NCBI GenBank assembly: GCA_023515795.1
Contig: JALGPX010000001.1
Span: forward strand, 124,001-188,000
Reading direction: 5' to 3'
Length of the DNA stretch: 64,000 bases
DNA from: Amoeboaphelidium occidentale
Lineage: Eukaryota
Below are positions 31,763-43,726 of this stretch, piece by piece (the stretch's first letter is position 1; each line of letters opens with the position of its first letter). Made by a program: the position numbers and the translations under genes. The notes below the pieces were generated by a model. That model was not told where the DNA came from, did no database searches, and was given only the letters and a program-made list of their open reading frames with translations.

Positions 31763-33373
31763 ATGAATTTCTTAAGAAGGCCTTCCTTACCTCAGCTTTT
31801 TGGTTCTCCTCCGGTTCCAAAGAAGAACGAGAAGAACACACCAAGACAAGCAGGTGGTCACTCAGCACATAATGTACGTCGCGCCAAGTCTTCTCATGCC
31901 ATTCAAGCTGGAAATACTGCACATGCTCCTGCTGGGGCATCCGAGAAACCACGAGTTCACTATCAGAACCGTGTTGAACTACTCAAGGAAAGGTTGATCT
32001 CACAAATTGGTCAAGGCGATGAAAGAGTACAAGAAATCATGATCAAAACTGATAAGCTACGTGCTGATTTGAAGAAAGTTGCTGCGTCATCTTATGAGTT
32101 TGCTCAGTCTTTGGCAAAGTTTTCCGAAAAGGCTGGATCTTTGGTAACTAGCGATCTTATTGATGATGAGTTCAAGAATTTGGCAGAGTCTGAGCATTAC
32201 AAGCACTCAATGCTTATGGCTGCTCTTCATCAATTATCCAAGTATTATTCTTTGTACTCTGATGAATGCGTTAAAATGTCTGAAGGGCTAATGACCGAGT
32301 TCCAAATCGATGTTAAGGACAGACAAGATGAACATCGTGAAAAGTTCGAACAATGGAACGTTGAATATGATGCTGCTGTTATGGTTTCTATGCGCGATAT
32401 TGATCGCTTGAAGCAAGTTGCTAACGCTCCTGACACTCCTTTCCAGGAACAAGCATTGTTGTTTGATGAGATCACAAAGAGAATTAGTTCTCTAGAGAAC
32501 TCTAAGAAGCAAAGCTTACGCCTTCTTATCAAAGCAGAACGTCATCATTATGTTCACTTTGCTCATCGCTTACAAGCCGCATTCAAAGGACAAATCCAAG
32601 GATTCCGTGCACTTTATCATCAAGATATCGAGAATACCGATGATTTGGTTGATGTATCACGTATTCAAGAGATTTTGGAGAAGCACCCAAAGCCTTCACA
32701 GTTGTATCTCCGCTTGAAACCACAGACTGAAGTTGACAAGGTTCAGCAACAAGAAGATGAAAAGCATGAGCAAGAGAAGGGCGATCAAGACACAGAAGGA
32801 TATTTAACAGATTATGTTACTGATTATGAAGATAATCACTCCGAGAATGATCAGCCAGGTTCTTATCCAGAACTCACAGATGATTCAAGCAATAATTCAC
32901 ACAACGATCTTTCTTTGAATACAAAGGATCTTCCTCCTACTGCTGGTGTTGCTAGAATGAATCTGAAGGATAAGTCAAAGTCTCTAATTGATTCACGCAA
33001 AAGCGCTATTATGAACAGTGATAGAGTATCATTGCAGCAGAAGAGAAGAACAATCCTTGATTCTATGGAGGCAGAGGGATATGATTCCAAGGCAGTCAAA
33101 ACAAACAAATTTTCAGGCGCTAAGCTTGATAATGTCCGCAATATCCTTCAAGAACAGAAAATTGATAGTGTTCCAGCAACTCTATTATTCGACTATCACG
33201 GACAGAATGAGAATGACATTTCTTTACCAGCAGAAACAACTGTTGAGGTTATATCAGTTGAAGGTGAATGGGCTTATGCAATTGGCGAAACATTAGTAAA
33301 TGATAAGCCTGTGGTGAGGATGGGTTGGATTCCTGTCAATTACACCACATTGAAAGATGAGGAAGAAGATTAA
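31763..33373 (+). CDS. I-BAR (IMD)-SH3 protein, IRSp53-like
   Basis: Helical domain ending 'KKQSLRLLIKAERHHYVHF' (IMD-like); C-terminal SH3 'LFDYHGQNENDISL...GEWAYA...GWIPVNY'. Confidence 0.7.
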   Translation: MNFLRRPSLPQLFGSPPVPKKNEKNTPRQAGGHSAHNVRRAKSSHAIQAGNTAHAPAGASEKPRVHYQNRVELLKERLISQIGQGDERVQEIMIKTDKLRADLKKVAASSYEFAQSLAKFSEKAGSLVTSDLIDDEFKNLAESEHYKHSMLMAALHQLSKYYSLYSDECVKMSEGLMTEFQIDVKDRQDEHREKFEQWNVEYDAAVMVSMRDIDRLKQVANAPDTPFQEQALLFDEITKRISSLENSKKQSLRLLIKAERHHYVHFAHRLQAAFKGQIQGFRALYHQDIENTDDLVDVSRIQEILEKHPKPSQLYLRLKPQTEVDKVQQQEDEKHEQEKGDQDTEGYLTDYVTDYEDNHSENDQPGSYPELTDDSSNNSHNDLSLNTKDLPPTAGVARMNLKDKSKSLIDSRKSAIMNSDRVSLQQKRRTILDSMEAEGYDSKAVKTNKFSGAKLDNVRNILQEQKIDSVPATLLFDYHGQNENDISLPAETTVEVISVEGEWAYAIGETLVNDKPVVRMGWIPVNYTTLKDEEED

Positions 33374-33411
33374 GCTTTGAATAACAATTCTATTGAAAAT
33401 TGATAATAAAT

Positions 33412-36400
33412 TCAAAACCAATTACGTGAAGATTCTTCAATTTTACTGGCATATCTGAGAGCTTGCAATCTTTTGCTCCGAGCAAACCACACTGGACATT
33501 CAAACGATACACAATCGTTTGCGACTTCAGGCACGTATTTAGCACCAACACATTTCTTGCACATTTCAAGTGTACTAAAGTATCTTGTCTCCGCTTCTTG
33601 GAGTCTCAGCTGGATCTTCATAATAGATTCTGCAGGATTATGCAGACATCTTGAGCAAATTTCTTTTTCAAAAGCATTTACTGGCTCTTTCAAGCAGACA
33701 ACACAGAATTTTGATTTATAAAACTTCTCCAGAGTTGTCTGATTACCCGATTTTGATGTAAGAATTGAATCCTTCACTATTCTATCAACCTTACTCATTT
33801 CGTGAAACCATGCTTTCACATCAACACCTACCAAATCGAATATTCTAGCTAGAACTGGTAGAATTTGTCTCGTGATATAATATTCTGCATTAAGGCGAAG
33901 CCCTGTAGCAAAGTGTTGATTATTCAATGCTGATGGTGCCAAGAATTCTTCAGGCGTTCTCGCAGCATCAACAAGTCTGGGATTCGTTCCACCATCGTAT
34001 GAAATGATAATAGGAACTCTCTCTCCATATTCTGGTTCTGTTCTTGGATCTTCTTTCATTCTGCGGATACTGACATAAGCACCAGGAGGTGGAACTCCTC
34101 TGTCAGAATATGTTCCTAGTTTGACAGCTTTCGCAATGATAAAGTCCTGTAGAGAAACATTGCCCTCCATTATTTTTGTAAACTCGTTTAACAAATATTC
34201 CTTGATTTTTGACAAGTCTTTTGTTCTAAATAAAATCTTTAGGGAATTTTCTAGGATTTTGGCAACTGCGGGGCAGCCATCTCTTCTTACTGTCTCAATT
34301 CCCTTTCCTTCAAACTCGGGCTCCTCTTGTTCTAACGATTCGTATTTGAAACCACAGTATCTTTTCTTGGATAACATTACAGAGGGGAAATAAACCTTCT
34401 CAAACTTTAGCTTCATAGGTTTTGGATGCTGTTTTGTTATTTCTTCTGCGATTTCGATACCTATCTTGTGAGCTCTCTCGCGTGAAGAACCAGGCATCAA
34501 CACAAAAACAGAGTCAGTATCACCATAAACAACTCTTGCATTCCAAGTAGGATGATTATTGATAAACTTGATTGTACTTTCCAATGTACTTCTGCCTGTT
34601 TGGACAATGGAATCAGCCAACTCAACACAAGGCATTCTTCCAGAAAAGGAAGCTGAGGTATAGCCATAGATAACATTCGCCAACAGCTTCAAACCCAGTT
34701 GTCTGGAATCGAGAACTCTGGATAAAAACTTGTCACTCATGTACAGCTTCATCGACTCTTTTATCATGGCTCTCGTATCGAGTAATCCCGTAAGCATCTT
34801 GGATAGTATCCCAACCGTTACGTCTTGTTTTGCGAAAGCCACTCCATTTGGCGAGGTATAAAAATTTTCGATTGCCGGTGCGTCGAAAACTTCCAAGAAA
34901 CCCAGCCCTCGTCTTTTCAATGGTTTGATCTTTCCTAGGATTGTACTGAAGCAGTAGTTATTAGCGATCATAATTGATGGATAGAGAGATTGGAAGTCCA
35001 AAACCACAATTGGGTCACAGTAGAAGCCGGACTGTGGTTCCATGACCAAAGGCAAAGCTTCTGCAGCAGACATTTTGTTAACTTGCTTTCTTGTTGGCGA
35101 AATCGCTACAAAATTCTCTCGTTTCAGAAATCTCAGCATCATAGCTTCAACTTTATACTGAGAGCCTCTCGATAGAACAGAATAAAAATCACAGCCATAA
35201 ACTCGAGCGAACTCTGCAGTTTGCAAGATAACATTTGATTCATGCAATATCCTGATCGTGTTTACTGCCATTTCTTTGATGTAATCGTATACTCTCCATC
35301 TCTGAGATGACATGTTATACCATTTGGTTAATACAGAATAATGATACTTTGGAACCCTACAATGCAAAACATGAAAACAGATATTCTGATATGTGAAACA
35401 TGTCAAGTTGGTATACTCTTGTTTCATAATTCTCCAAACATTTAAAACTATTCTTCCATTTATAGAAACGCCGGAATGTTTAATAAAGCTGTAGTTTTCA
35501 ACATCCCGAAGATTATCAGATGCTGAAGTCTTCTGTTTGACGTTCTCGCTATCCTCAACTCTACTGAGCATTTTCGCGATATGCTTAAAACTATAAGGAT
35601 AAATCTGGGCTCTATCCATCAGATAACCCCACGACCTTTTGTGTATTTCGTAACCGCAAAGAATATCCGGATCCCTTGCTATCGTTATTTCAATAATTTT
35701 ATCAATCAACTCTTCTTCATCTCTAACATAAAAAACATCCTTTCTGCTAACGTGCTCATCATGAATCGCAATAAATACAGTTTCAAAATCAATGCAGATA
35801 CAAACAAATTTTATCTCGTCTCTTGCCGGATCTGGATAGTATTCGCCTCTTGTGTCAACGTGGCATTCTAATGACATTATACGCAATCCTTCACTATCAA
35901 ACTCTTTCAGCGGATTTGAAGGCTGCACAAACGGAGCATCTCTTGTAGGCTGAACCATTCGTGACTTGTATAAATCTGGTTGTTTTGTGTATTTCTTCAT
36001 TAGCTCTCGCCGAGTAGGAGGTCTCATTGTCAGCCCGTATGTCAAAGTTTCATCTTCTTTAGGTAAAATATGACCCAGTTGTGTTCCAGTGATGGGAGCT
36101 CTGGACTGTTCTAAGTTGGCAGATGCAAATTCAAACTTGGCTCTCTTTGGAACAAAATCATTCTGCTTAAATCTGTTCATAAACTTTGCGGAGCGCAAGT
36201 CGGTATCATTAGAGAAGTGCGGCACCTGATGTATGACTTTCGGACTGCAGTTTTTGATCATTCGTTCATGAACTTCTTTGTGCGTGCTTACTTTCAGTGG
36301 TTTTACGGAAGTTGGACTTGTAACATCCGGTGGATTATTAAACAAGGCGGGAGTTGTTAAATCAATTTCTTCTACCAAATCATCAGAAAATAGATTATTA

Positions 36401-37257
36401 AATTTAAAAAATGGGTCATTTGTTCCATCAACTTGTAAGATCGTATCATCCATCTCCAGTATTTCTGAATCTGACGACGATTCAATAATAAACTCATCGA
36501 TAAAAGATGTCTGAGTTAGCCTGATAATTTCCTCATCAACAACCTCCAAAGGGTTCGTTGTGACAGTCAGGGGCACGATCGAAGAAGGCGGCGCAGACTC
36601 TGTTTTAACAATACGCTTCGTTCTTTGTTCACGAGCAGCCTTGATCCTTTGCTCCAGACTAGAAACAGAAAGCCCTTTGGATAACCTACGCTGATATTCC
36701 TCTTCCCATAATGCGTCAAGTGAGTTTTTAGCGGTGTTTGAAATGTGCCATGGATACGTATCAAGTTCAATCTCACAATGTGAAGCCTTCGGCTGAGGAA
36801 CTTCAAAGTGCGTCACAATAATATCATCCATTCCATATAAATCATAATCAACTAGAAACTGTAAAGTGAAAGGCACATGTGACCCGTAAACTTGAATGCT
36901 TTTCTGAAGAATCGCGCGATTTAAGAGCAGCTCAGCCAGAGTATTAATGCAATTGAAGTCCAACAAGTAAATCTTCAAGAATTCCTCTTCTTCCTGGTGA
37001 TATCCATAAAAGTCTCGCTTCTGTACAACTTCAATGTCATGCACATAATTCCTTGTGTTCCGGTAAAAGAGCTGCATTATCTTATTAATCGCACTTCGTA
37101 TCATCGAAGGATCTTCTTTCTTAATGTAAATGTACGGATATATCGATCGCATGTTTATGAGGCATTTTTGGTCTTCTTTGGTGGTTCCGAATATTCTAAT
37201 AATCGGCTGGCCTTCGATGATCGTTGGCTCCAGAGTTATGATCTTTGCCGTGATCAT
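33412..37257 (-). CDS. REV3: DNA polymerase zeta catalytic subunit
   Basis: 'SRGSQYKVE', 'LDFQSLYPS', 'KLLANVIYGY', 'YGDTDS', 'EPEYGERVP', C-terminal CysA/CysB. Confidence 0.97.
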   Translation of the reverse strand: MITAKIITLEPTIIEGQPIIRIFGTTKEDQKCLINMRSIYPYIYIKKEDPSMIRSAINKIMQLFYRNTRNYVHDIEVVQKRDFYGYHQEEEEFLKIYLLDFNCINTLAELLLNRAILQKSIQVYGSHVPFTLQFLVDYDLYGMDDIIVTHFEVPQPKASHCEIELDTYPWHISNTAKNSLDALWEEEYQRRLSKGLSVSSLEQRIKAAREQRTKRIVKTESAPPSSIVPLTVTTNPLEVVDEEIIRLTQTSFIDEFIIESSSDSEILEMDDTILQVDGTNDPFFKFNNLFSDDLVEEIDLTTPALFNNPPDVTSPTSVKPLKVSTHKEVHERMIKNCSPKVIHQVPHFSNDTDLRSAKFMNRFKQNDFVPKRAKFEFASANLEQSRAPITGTQLGHILPKEDETLTYGLTMRPPTRRELMKKYTKQPDLYKSRMVQPTRDAPFVQPSNPLKEFDSEGLRIMSLECHVDTRGEYYPDPARDEIKFVCICIDFETVFIAIHDEHVSRKDVFYVRDEEELIDKIIEITIARDPDILCGYEIHKRSWGYLMDRAQIYPYSFKHIAKMLSRVEDSENVKQKTSASDNLRDVENYSFIKHSGVSINGRIVLNVWRIMKQEYTNLTCFTYQNICFHVLHCRVPKYHYSVLTKWYNMSSQRWRVYDYIKEMAVNTIRILHESNVILQTAEFARVYGCDFYSVLSRGSQYKVEAMMLRFLKRENFVAISPTRKQVNKMSAAEALPLVMEPQSGFYCDPIVVLDFQSLYPSIMIANNYCFSTILGKIKPLKRRGLGFLEVFDAPAIENFYTSPNGVAFAKQDVTVGILSKMLTGLLDTRAMIKESMKLYMSDKFLSRVLDSRQLGLKLLANVIYGYTSASFSGRMPCVELADSIVQTGRSTLESTIKFINNHPTWNARVVYGDTDSVFVLMPGSSRERAHKIGIEIAEEITKQHPKPMKLKFEKVYFPSVMLSKKRYCGFKYESLEQEEPEFEGKGIETVRRDGCPAVAKILENSLKILFRTKDLSKIKEYLLNEFTKIMEGNVSLQDFIIAKAVKLGTYSDRGVPPPGAYVSIRRMKEDPRTEPEYGERVPIIISYDGGTNPRLVDAARTPEEFLAPSALNNQHFATGLRLNAEYYITRQILPVLARIFDLVGVDVKAWFHEMSKVDRIVKDSILTSKSGNQTTLEKFYKSKFCVVCLKEPVNAFEKEICSRCLHNPAESIMKIQLRLQEAETRYFSTLEMCKKCVGAKYVPEVANDCVSFECPVWFARSKRLQALRYASKIEESSRNWF

Positions 37258-37387
37258 CTCAAAGATTAAAGTGCTTTTCGGTTGTTTAGGAAGGAATGTT
37301 AAGAATGAGGCATTTTAAATGCAAGTGCGTGCTCGTGTTACGATGAACAAGTTTGATCTATTAATAGACAAGACTTGTTTCAGAACG

Positions 37388-39559
37388 ATGTATGGGAACG
37401 GTTTCAGAGAGGGAGATACGCTAGAAGTAGTTATGAACTACGCAAAGCAGAACTACGATGATTTGGATCTGGTTGCTGGTGATATTGTTGTTCTGCTGCC
37501 TTGGGATGAACAATGTGGCAATCTGTTCTTGAAAGGAGTAAATCGTCAGCTGGGACCAAACAATGGACAGGAGGGATACTTTCCGGCGTCAGTTGTTAAA
37601 TCGATGGACGAAAGAAGAGATAGAAGTACTTCATTTGATTCGCAGCGCAGTCAAGCATCAGAGGCGATCAGTGAAGTTGAAGAAGATACTCAGAATTTCA
37701 CTGAAGATGAGTACGTGGCATACATGGAGAGCAAGGTGCATATAGGCAGCATGTGTAGAGTAAGGTACAAGTACGAAGCACAAAGAGCAGATGAATTAGA
37801 CCTGGAAGTTGGAGATTTAGTTGCAGTCGCGCAAGCACCTCAAGGTGGTTGGTGGAAGGTAAAATACTTCAAACGTAAAACTGATGTATAGGGCGCACTG
37901 TTCACTGAACAAGGCCTCGGTAAATTAGGATGGTTTCCGTGTAATTTTCTGGAAATACTACCAGAACCAAAGCCAGAAACTCAAAAGAAGAGCAAAGGGA
38001 AAAAGCACTCTACCGCGGAACCGTCTTCTGCTTCTTCTACAATGGAAAAGAAAAGCTTCTGGAAACGTGGTGTCGCCAGAAAGAATAGCAATGAAAAGGC
38101 AACTGAAAGTGAAGGAGAAGGGGAAGAAGCCGGACGTAAACGATCAACTTCTTTTGATATTGGCAGATCTTCCAAGAGCTCAGTTAGTAGTGGTGAAGGA
38201 GAAAGAGAAAGAACGTTCTCACAGTCAAATCTAAACAAGAAAGTCGCAGAAATACTGACTTTTGGTAAATCGAAAATCAGCACACCTGAAAGCAGCAAGA
38301 AAGGCCTTCGGAAAAATGATTTAAATTCTTCGACGGGAGTTGGAGGAATATCATCGTTCTTGGGAATCGGACAGGCTTCTCCTTTGATGCAAAAGAGTGA
38401 TTCAAAAACGAACGACACCGTTGGTTCAACATCTGCGGTACATGAAGAAGAAAAGATTGCTCTGATAAACAGTTTACCAAAGAAACTGACTAAAAAATCA
38501 TGGAAGGAAGGCATACCTAAAGATCAGAGTGATAAGCTGTCAGCTAAAGATCAGATGCTTCAACAAGTGCTATGGGAACTGTTTGTTACAGAGGGAGGTT
38601 ATGTTCGCGATATGAAAATGGTTGTGGAATTGTTTATGAAACCTCTCGTTGAGAAGAAGATAATTTCAGCTAAAGATAGTGAAACAATATTCTCAAACAT
38701 CGAAAAAATAATCTCAGTTAATGAAGCATTCTATAATACTTTCGAGAGGTTCTACGAGTCTTCGCCTATAATTGATCAGTTTGGATCTTTCTTTCTAAAA
38801 TCGGTAAAACTCTGTTGTGTATGTATTATACTTAATTTTTAGTGCGAGACTTTTGCCGCTTACACTGTTTATTGCAGAGCTAATCAAAAGGCTATGGCGA
38901 AAATCAAAGATTTATTGGTACAAAATGACACGTTCAGTTCATTTGTAAAGGAAGCTTCACAGAGATCCATCACAAGACATTTGGATTTGCAAAGCTACCT
39001 ACTGAAACCTCTTCAACGCATAACAAAATATCCTGCGCTTATCTTAGAAATCTTGAGAAATACTCCTAAAACTCATCCAGATAGAAGAAATCTTGAAATA
39101 TCTTTGGCAAAAATGCAAAACATAATGGTGGCTATTAATGATGGTATTGATGGTGTTCAAAAAATCGCAGATATTCAAAACTCTTTTGATGAGAAGATTA
39201 CATTAACATCCCCAACTAGATACTTTCTGAGAGAAGACAGTATATTATTGTCCTCTTCATCTCCTGACCACAAACAAAAGCTTGGACAGCTCTTCCTATT
39301 CAACGATCTTATCATATTGGCAAAGAAGGATTGGAGAGACAAGAACCGTTTAGTAGAGAAGGCATATCTTTCAGATTTCCATGTAAACGATGAAGCACTT
39401 GATCCTGCAAGTTCAACTTTGGAATTATCATTTGATCAAGACTCTGATGGTAGCAACAGTAACAAAACATCAGCAGCGATACGTTACAACATCGTCTTTG
39501 AGACCAAGTCTAAACGAGATAATTGGCTACAAGCTTGGAAATCCATAAACACGTTCTAG
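37388..39559 (+). CDS. SH3-SH3-DH-PH Rho guanine nucleotide exchange factor
   Basis: Two SH3 domains ('GYFP'; 'GGWWK|GAL...GWFP'), DH 'ELFVTEGGYV...LQSYLLKPLQRITKYP', PH 'LFLFNDLII'. Introns 37859-37891 and 38804-38842. The start could be 37319. Confidence 0.9.
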
Positions 39560-39608
39560 AAATAGATCTAGTCTCTTTGTGATATTTTTTCTTCATTGTA
39601 ATCCAATC

Positions 39609-40453
39609 ATGGGATGTTGTTACAGTGCCAGTCGAGCGAATCGAAACGAGGATGAGAACATGGACACCAATGGGCTTCCCACAGGTATTTTCGGAGAGAA
39701 GGAAAAGTGTTTTAATGACGTCATCATAGGAAGCAATAAACCATTCAGACGAAATAAGAACTTCAAGACAGAAAAGCAAATGACAGAAGCAGAACTTAAA
39801 CAGAAGAGGGACACATTCTGGGACACTGCGCCCAAATACGATGTAACATTTTCATTGAATTATTTTGAGGATGGACTAAACTTTTTTAATGTTCTTTCTT
39901 GAAGGGTCGAACGGAAATATGGCTTGCGATTAAATGTGCTTGTGAAACAGATGATGATGCTCTGGCCCAAGCAATTCTGGACGGAGCCAATGTCGTAATA
40001 CCCACAGGATTTCTAAATGATGGCGCCTATGATGAATTGGGAAATCGTTACATAATACCGGAGTACTGCATTGCTGATCCTGTGAATTTGATACGTGATC
40101 AAAAGTCAGCTGGAAGTTCAGCTAGCGACAAGGATAGTTCCACTCCTACAAACGCAGACTTGATAGTTTCAGACAGGAAAAGCTGTCCTTATCCAATTCT
40201 ACTCAGGCTATCAACTAATAAGGATGTGAAGTTTAATCAGGGCGATTTATATGAGGATGATACTTTGGCTACGTTAACTTTGAGATTATACGAAGCAGAA
40301 CCTGAGGCCAAAAATGCTTCAAATGTCCGATTCCTTTGCATGGGTCGATTATTGGATCCTACAAAAACACTGAAAGATGCGATCGCTATTCAAACACACG
40401 GCGGCATTAAAATCGAATCGGTTATACTTCAGGTTATGCTTTCCTTTAGTTGA
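39609..40453 (+). CDS. UBTD1: Ubiquitin domain-containing protein UBTD/DC-UbP-like
   Basis: MGCC acylation-type start, 'KRDTFWDTAPKYD|GRTEIW', 'YDELGNRYIIPEYC', C-terminal UBL. Intron 39843-39904. Confidence 0.85.
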
Positions 40454-40496
40454 TGAATGAATATATTCCATACTCGTTTTATTTGAATCGTTTGGT

Positions 40497-41318
40497 TTAG
40501 CTTAAGTCCACAACTTTAGCATCGCAATATGAAACAAAATCCTTCACAGGAATAGAAAGCTTCCAGTCAATGTGCCCAGCTCCTAAAAAGCATATCGGAG
40601 GTTGAAGCAGAGTAAGACCCTTTTCTATGAATACAGGAATATTCGACTGTAACGCAATCGGAGTAACACCGCCCTTCTTGAAACCAGTCAGCAATTCAGA
40701 TACTTGTTCATTAGCAAGCCGGAAGTTAAAGTTCTTTCTTGGAACAGAATTATCCTTTAACCCGCGCACAAAGTTCATCATTCGTTGCGTGTTCAGTTTC
40801 GAAGTGTATTGCACCACGACCAAATAATACTTTGAGTTTAAAGGATCTGTCATGTACTTCTCATGTTCTTCTTTAACCAGGGGTATTTCATCATCGTGGC
40901 CTGTGTTATATCTTGTATTTTCAAATAGGACAGACTTACAGAGGTGGTGTTGTGAAGGTGCATGCAACCTAATTGCCCTCTTCAGAAGCGTCCATTCATA
41001 GTATTGAGGCTCAACCTGATAAAGCCTTAACAAAAGCAACTTCTCTTTAGCTTCATTTAGAATTCTTTGAACTTCCTCTGGGATGCTCGCAGTATCATTA
41101 AAGACAATCTGATTATTGCTTAGGCGCACAAGGCTCGATTTCGTTGCCAATTGGTCACTAGACCGTTCTTCCTTTGCGATATTATAAAAGCACTTCATAA
41201 ATTGCTTAGATATTTTATCATTCTTGTAGAGAACATCGATGCGTTCCATAATCTGCACCACATCTTCCGCAGCGTCGTGATCATTCAAAACTTCGCTTAG
41301 CAAAGCGGGTTCAGCCAT
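40497..41318 (-). CDS. YbaK/ProX-family aminoacyl-tRNA deacylase-like protein
   Basis: 'LCKSVLFEN', 'YYLVVVQY', 'LTGFKKGGVTPI', 'LGAGHIDWKL'. Confidence 0.85.
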   Translation of the reverse strand: MAEPALLSEVLNDHDAAEDVVQIMERIDVLYKNDKISKQFMKCFYNIAKEERSSDQLATKSSLVRLSNNQIVFNDTASIPEEVQRILNEAKEKLLLLRLYQVEPQYYEWTLLKRAIRLHAPSQHHLCKSVLFENTRYNTGHDDEIPLVKEEHEKYMTDPLNSKYYLVVVQYTSKLNTQRMMNFVRGLKDNSVPRKNFNFRLANEQVSELLTGFKKGGVTPIALQSNIPVFIEKGLTLLQPPICFLGAGHIDWKLSIPVKDFVSYCDAKVVDLS

Positions 41319-41453
41319 TAGAAGAAAAAGAACAATAAGTCACAGCCCCACTATATATCACAAAAGTATCCAACAGGCGAAATATTTACACGATCGCATA
41401 TGACAAGGAACGCTTTGCCTTGTTTGTTTCAATTTTCGTGCTCTGAAACGCAA

Positions 41454-42478
41454 ATGGCTGCGAATATTGAGAATCTTGTCCATGCCATCGCGGGTAAATT
41501 TTCCCATTGAAAGCAGAAGAATTAAGGCATTTTGAAATCTTTAGGCGCTGGTGGTGGCATAATAAGCATGACTCTGACTTATCCATTAATTACAATCGGA
41601 ACAAGAATGCAGACGTCCCATGGAAAGCAAACCTTTACAGATTCATTATTCAAAACGTACAAAAAGGAAGGCATTGCAGGGCTCTACTCTGGCTTGGACA
41701 CTGCGGTATTCGGAATCGCTGTAACAAATGGCGTTTACTATTACTGGTACGAAATCGCAAAGAAGGCGTTTGAGAAGGATGGCAAACTGAGCATTGCTGA
41801 GTCGCTATTGGCTGGTGGTCTTGCTGGTGCTGCGACTGTATTGGTCACTAATCCTATTTGGGTTCTTAATACAAGGCTTGCTAGTGGCAAGGGAAATAAG
41901 AGCATTGACGAAGATTCGCCATCATCTTCACAGGAACAGCTTGTTAAAGATCAGTCTGCTTTTGATGTTCTGTTAAGTATCATCAGAGAAGAAGGCGTTC
42001 AATCTTTATGGCAAGGTGTATGGCCTGCATTGATTCTTGTCGCAAACCCTTCGATTCAGTACATGGCATTTGAACAATTGAAACAGTTGATGACTGATAA
42101 GTGGCGTGCTCTGAATAGTTTTGATTATTTTCTACTTGGTGCTGTAAGTAAATTGGCTGCTACATTTATTACTTATCCTTACATGTAAGTTTCAAGGTTT
42201 AAAGTGTGGCTAAACCTAAAAATTGTAGCGTGGTAAAGTCAAGAATGCAATTAAAACAGAAGCATAAGATCTCTACTTATGAAGCGCTTCGTAAAATTAT
42301 TAATGATGAAGGCATTGCTGGGCTTTACAAAGGCTTAGGGAGCAAGCTTGCACAGAGTGTATTAACAGCAGCTATTCTGTTCTGGGCAAAGGAGTCACTA
42401 GTTGATGTTACACGAGAGGCATTGATATTCATCATGTCATTGTCTACTCTAATGAAGGCAAAGAAGTTAAGTCAATAA
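41454..42478 (+). CDS. Peroxisomal SLC25 carrier (PMP34/PMP47-like)
   Basis: 'HAIAG|AGGGIISMTLTYPL', 'TNPIWVLNTR', 'NPSIQYMAFEQLK'. Introns 41494-41544 and 42185-42228. Confidence 0.9.
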
Positions 42479-42726
42479 ATAGCCAAATTAAATCATGTGA
42501 TCTCATAATCGTTGTTCGATGGTCTGTTTCAGACATCTAGCCCTGGCAACATACATAAAACACTTGATCATCATTAGATTATCTCTTGGGAATATCAATA
42601 GACCTCTTATACTTCCAAAGAACGTCACTTGCTGAGTTGAAACCACGAGCAGATCACCTTTGACCATTTCCTGAGCTGGCCAATCGCAAAGCTTTTCTTT
42701 TCCAATACAACTTTGCAGAAGATTCA

Positions 42727-43663
42727 ATGCCTACGGTAATTTACTCCTAAAGAACCTGTTTCGGTCTTACCTCTTTAGACTTATTCATCATCAAAGGATC
42801 CGCCTCCCAAATTCCCAGCTGAGAGGAGGCGTCTGAACTCGTGGAATCCTTCGATACCGTCGCCATTGAAACAGTCGACTGAAGGCACCGCTTTTGGATC
42901 AGCAGATGATGAGCCGCTCAAGAGCCCTTCATTCATCAAAAGAAGATCATCGCTGACGGGCTCTCTTTTGGGGAATTATGAAGAATCTATTCTGAATGGA
43001 CGTCTATCGACACCTCCGTCTGCATCGATTGATTTCCTCTGTCAGATTTCAGCATTGTCCTCAACTTCTTCTATCGCATTGAAACCGATTAGCATTCCAT
43101 TCAAAGCTCAATTCTACCGCATCACGTCATCGGCATCGTTTGGCTCGGGATCTGTCGCAACTAATACTTCCATCAGGCATAGATCTCTTTCTGATTCCAC
43201 AGGCGCACACATCAACGCAGATCAATTGGCTGCTTCGTTCAACAGGCGCATGTCTTTGCAGTCGTCGCTTCCGTTTGTCGAAGAGGTTGGCACGCCGTAT
43301 ATTGGCACGATTGATTTGTCACAACCAATTCAAATCCCATTTCAGGGCAAACTTCAAATTATCATTAGAAATATGGACAAATCTGTCGTGAAGGTGTTTT
43401 TAATTTCATACGATTACTCTGGGTTGAGTGTTGGTAACCGATCGTTTTTGAGGCACAAGATTTATGCTAAGCCAAAGGATCCTGATGCAATGCCAGGCGT
43501 TAAGGATTCTTTAAGATATGCTGTGTGTCTGCAATTCGTTTGTGGAAGTAATGAAGATGGTAAAAAGAAACGGTTATACATTACAAAGAATATCAGAGCA
43601 GTGTTTTCAAACAGAGTAATTAGTGATCAGGAGGAATACAGAGTGGTTTATGATAGTGTGTGA
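42727..43663 (+). CDS. Atos/FAM214-like protein (DUF4210 plus chromosome-segregation C-terminal domain)
   Basis: 'GSLLGNYEESILNGRLS', 'LQIIIRNMDKSVVKVFLISYD', 'LRYAVCLQF'. Probable intron 42736-42778; start uncertain. Confidence 0.75.
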
Positions 43664-43726
43664 CTATGATGGATGGCTGCTTAATAGAAGTTTCTTTTGC
43701 ATTTCATTTAGAGATACATTCTGCTT

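Noticed and set aside
33412..37257. Viral/Polinton-type family B polymerase
   Set aside because: Motifs (SRGSQ, EPxYGERVP, terminal Cys clusters) identify cellular Rev3; no capsid, integrase or terminal repeats lie nearby.
43655..43672. TGA-CTA readthrough motif at the Atos-like stop
   Set aside because: Another TGA follows at once, so readthrough would add two residues and no PTS1.
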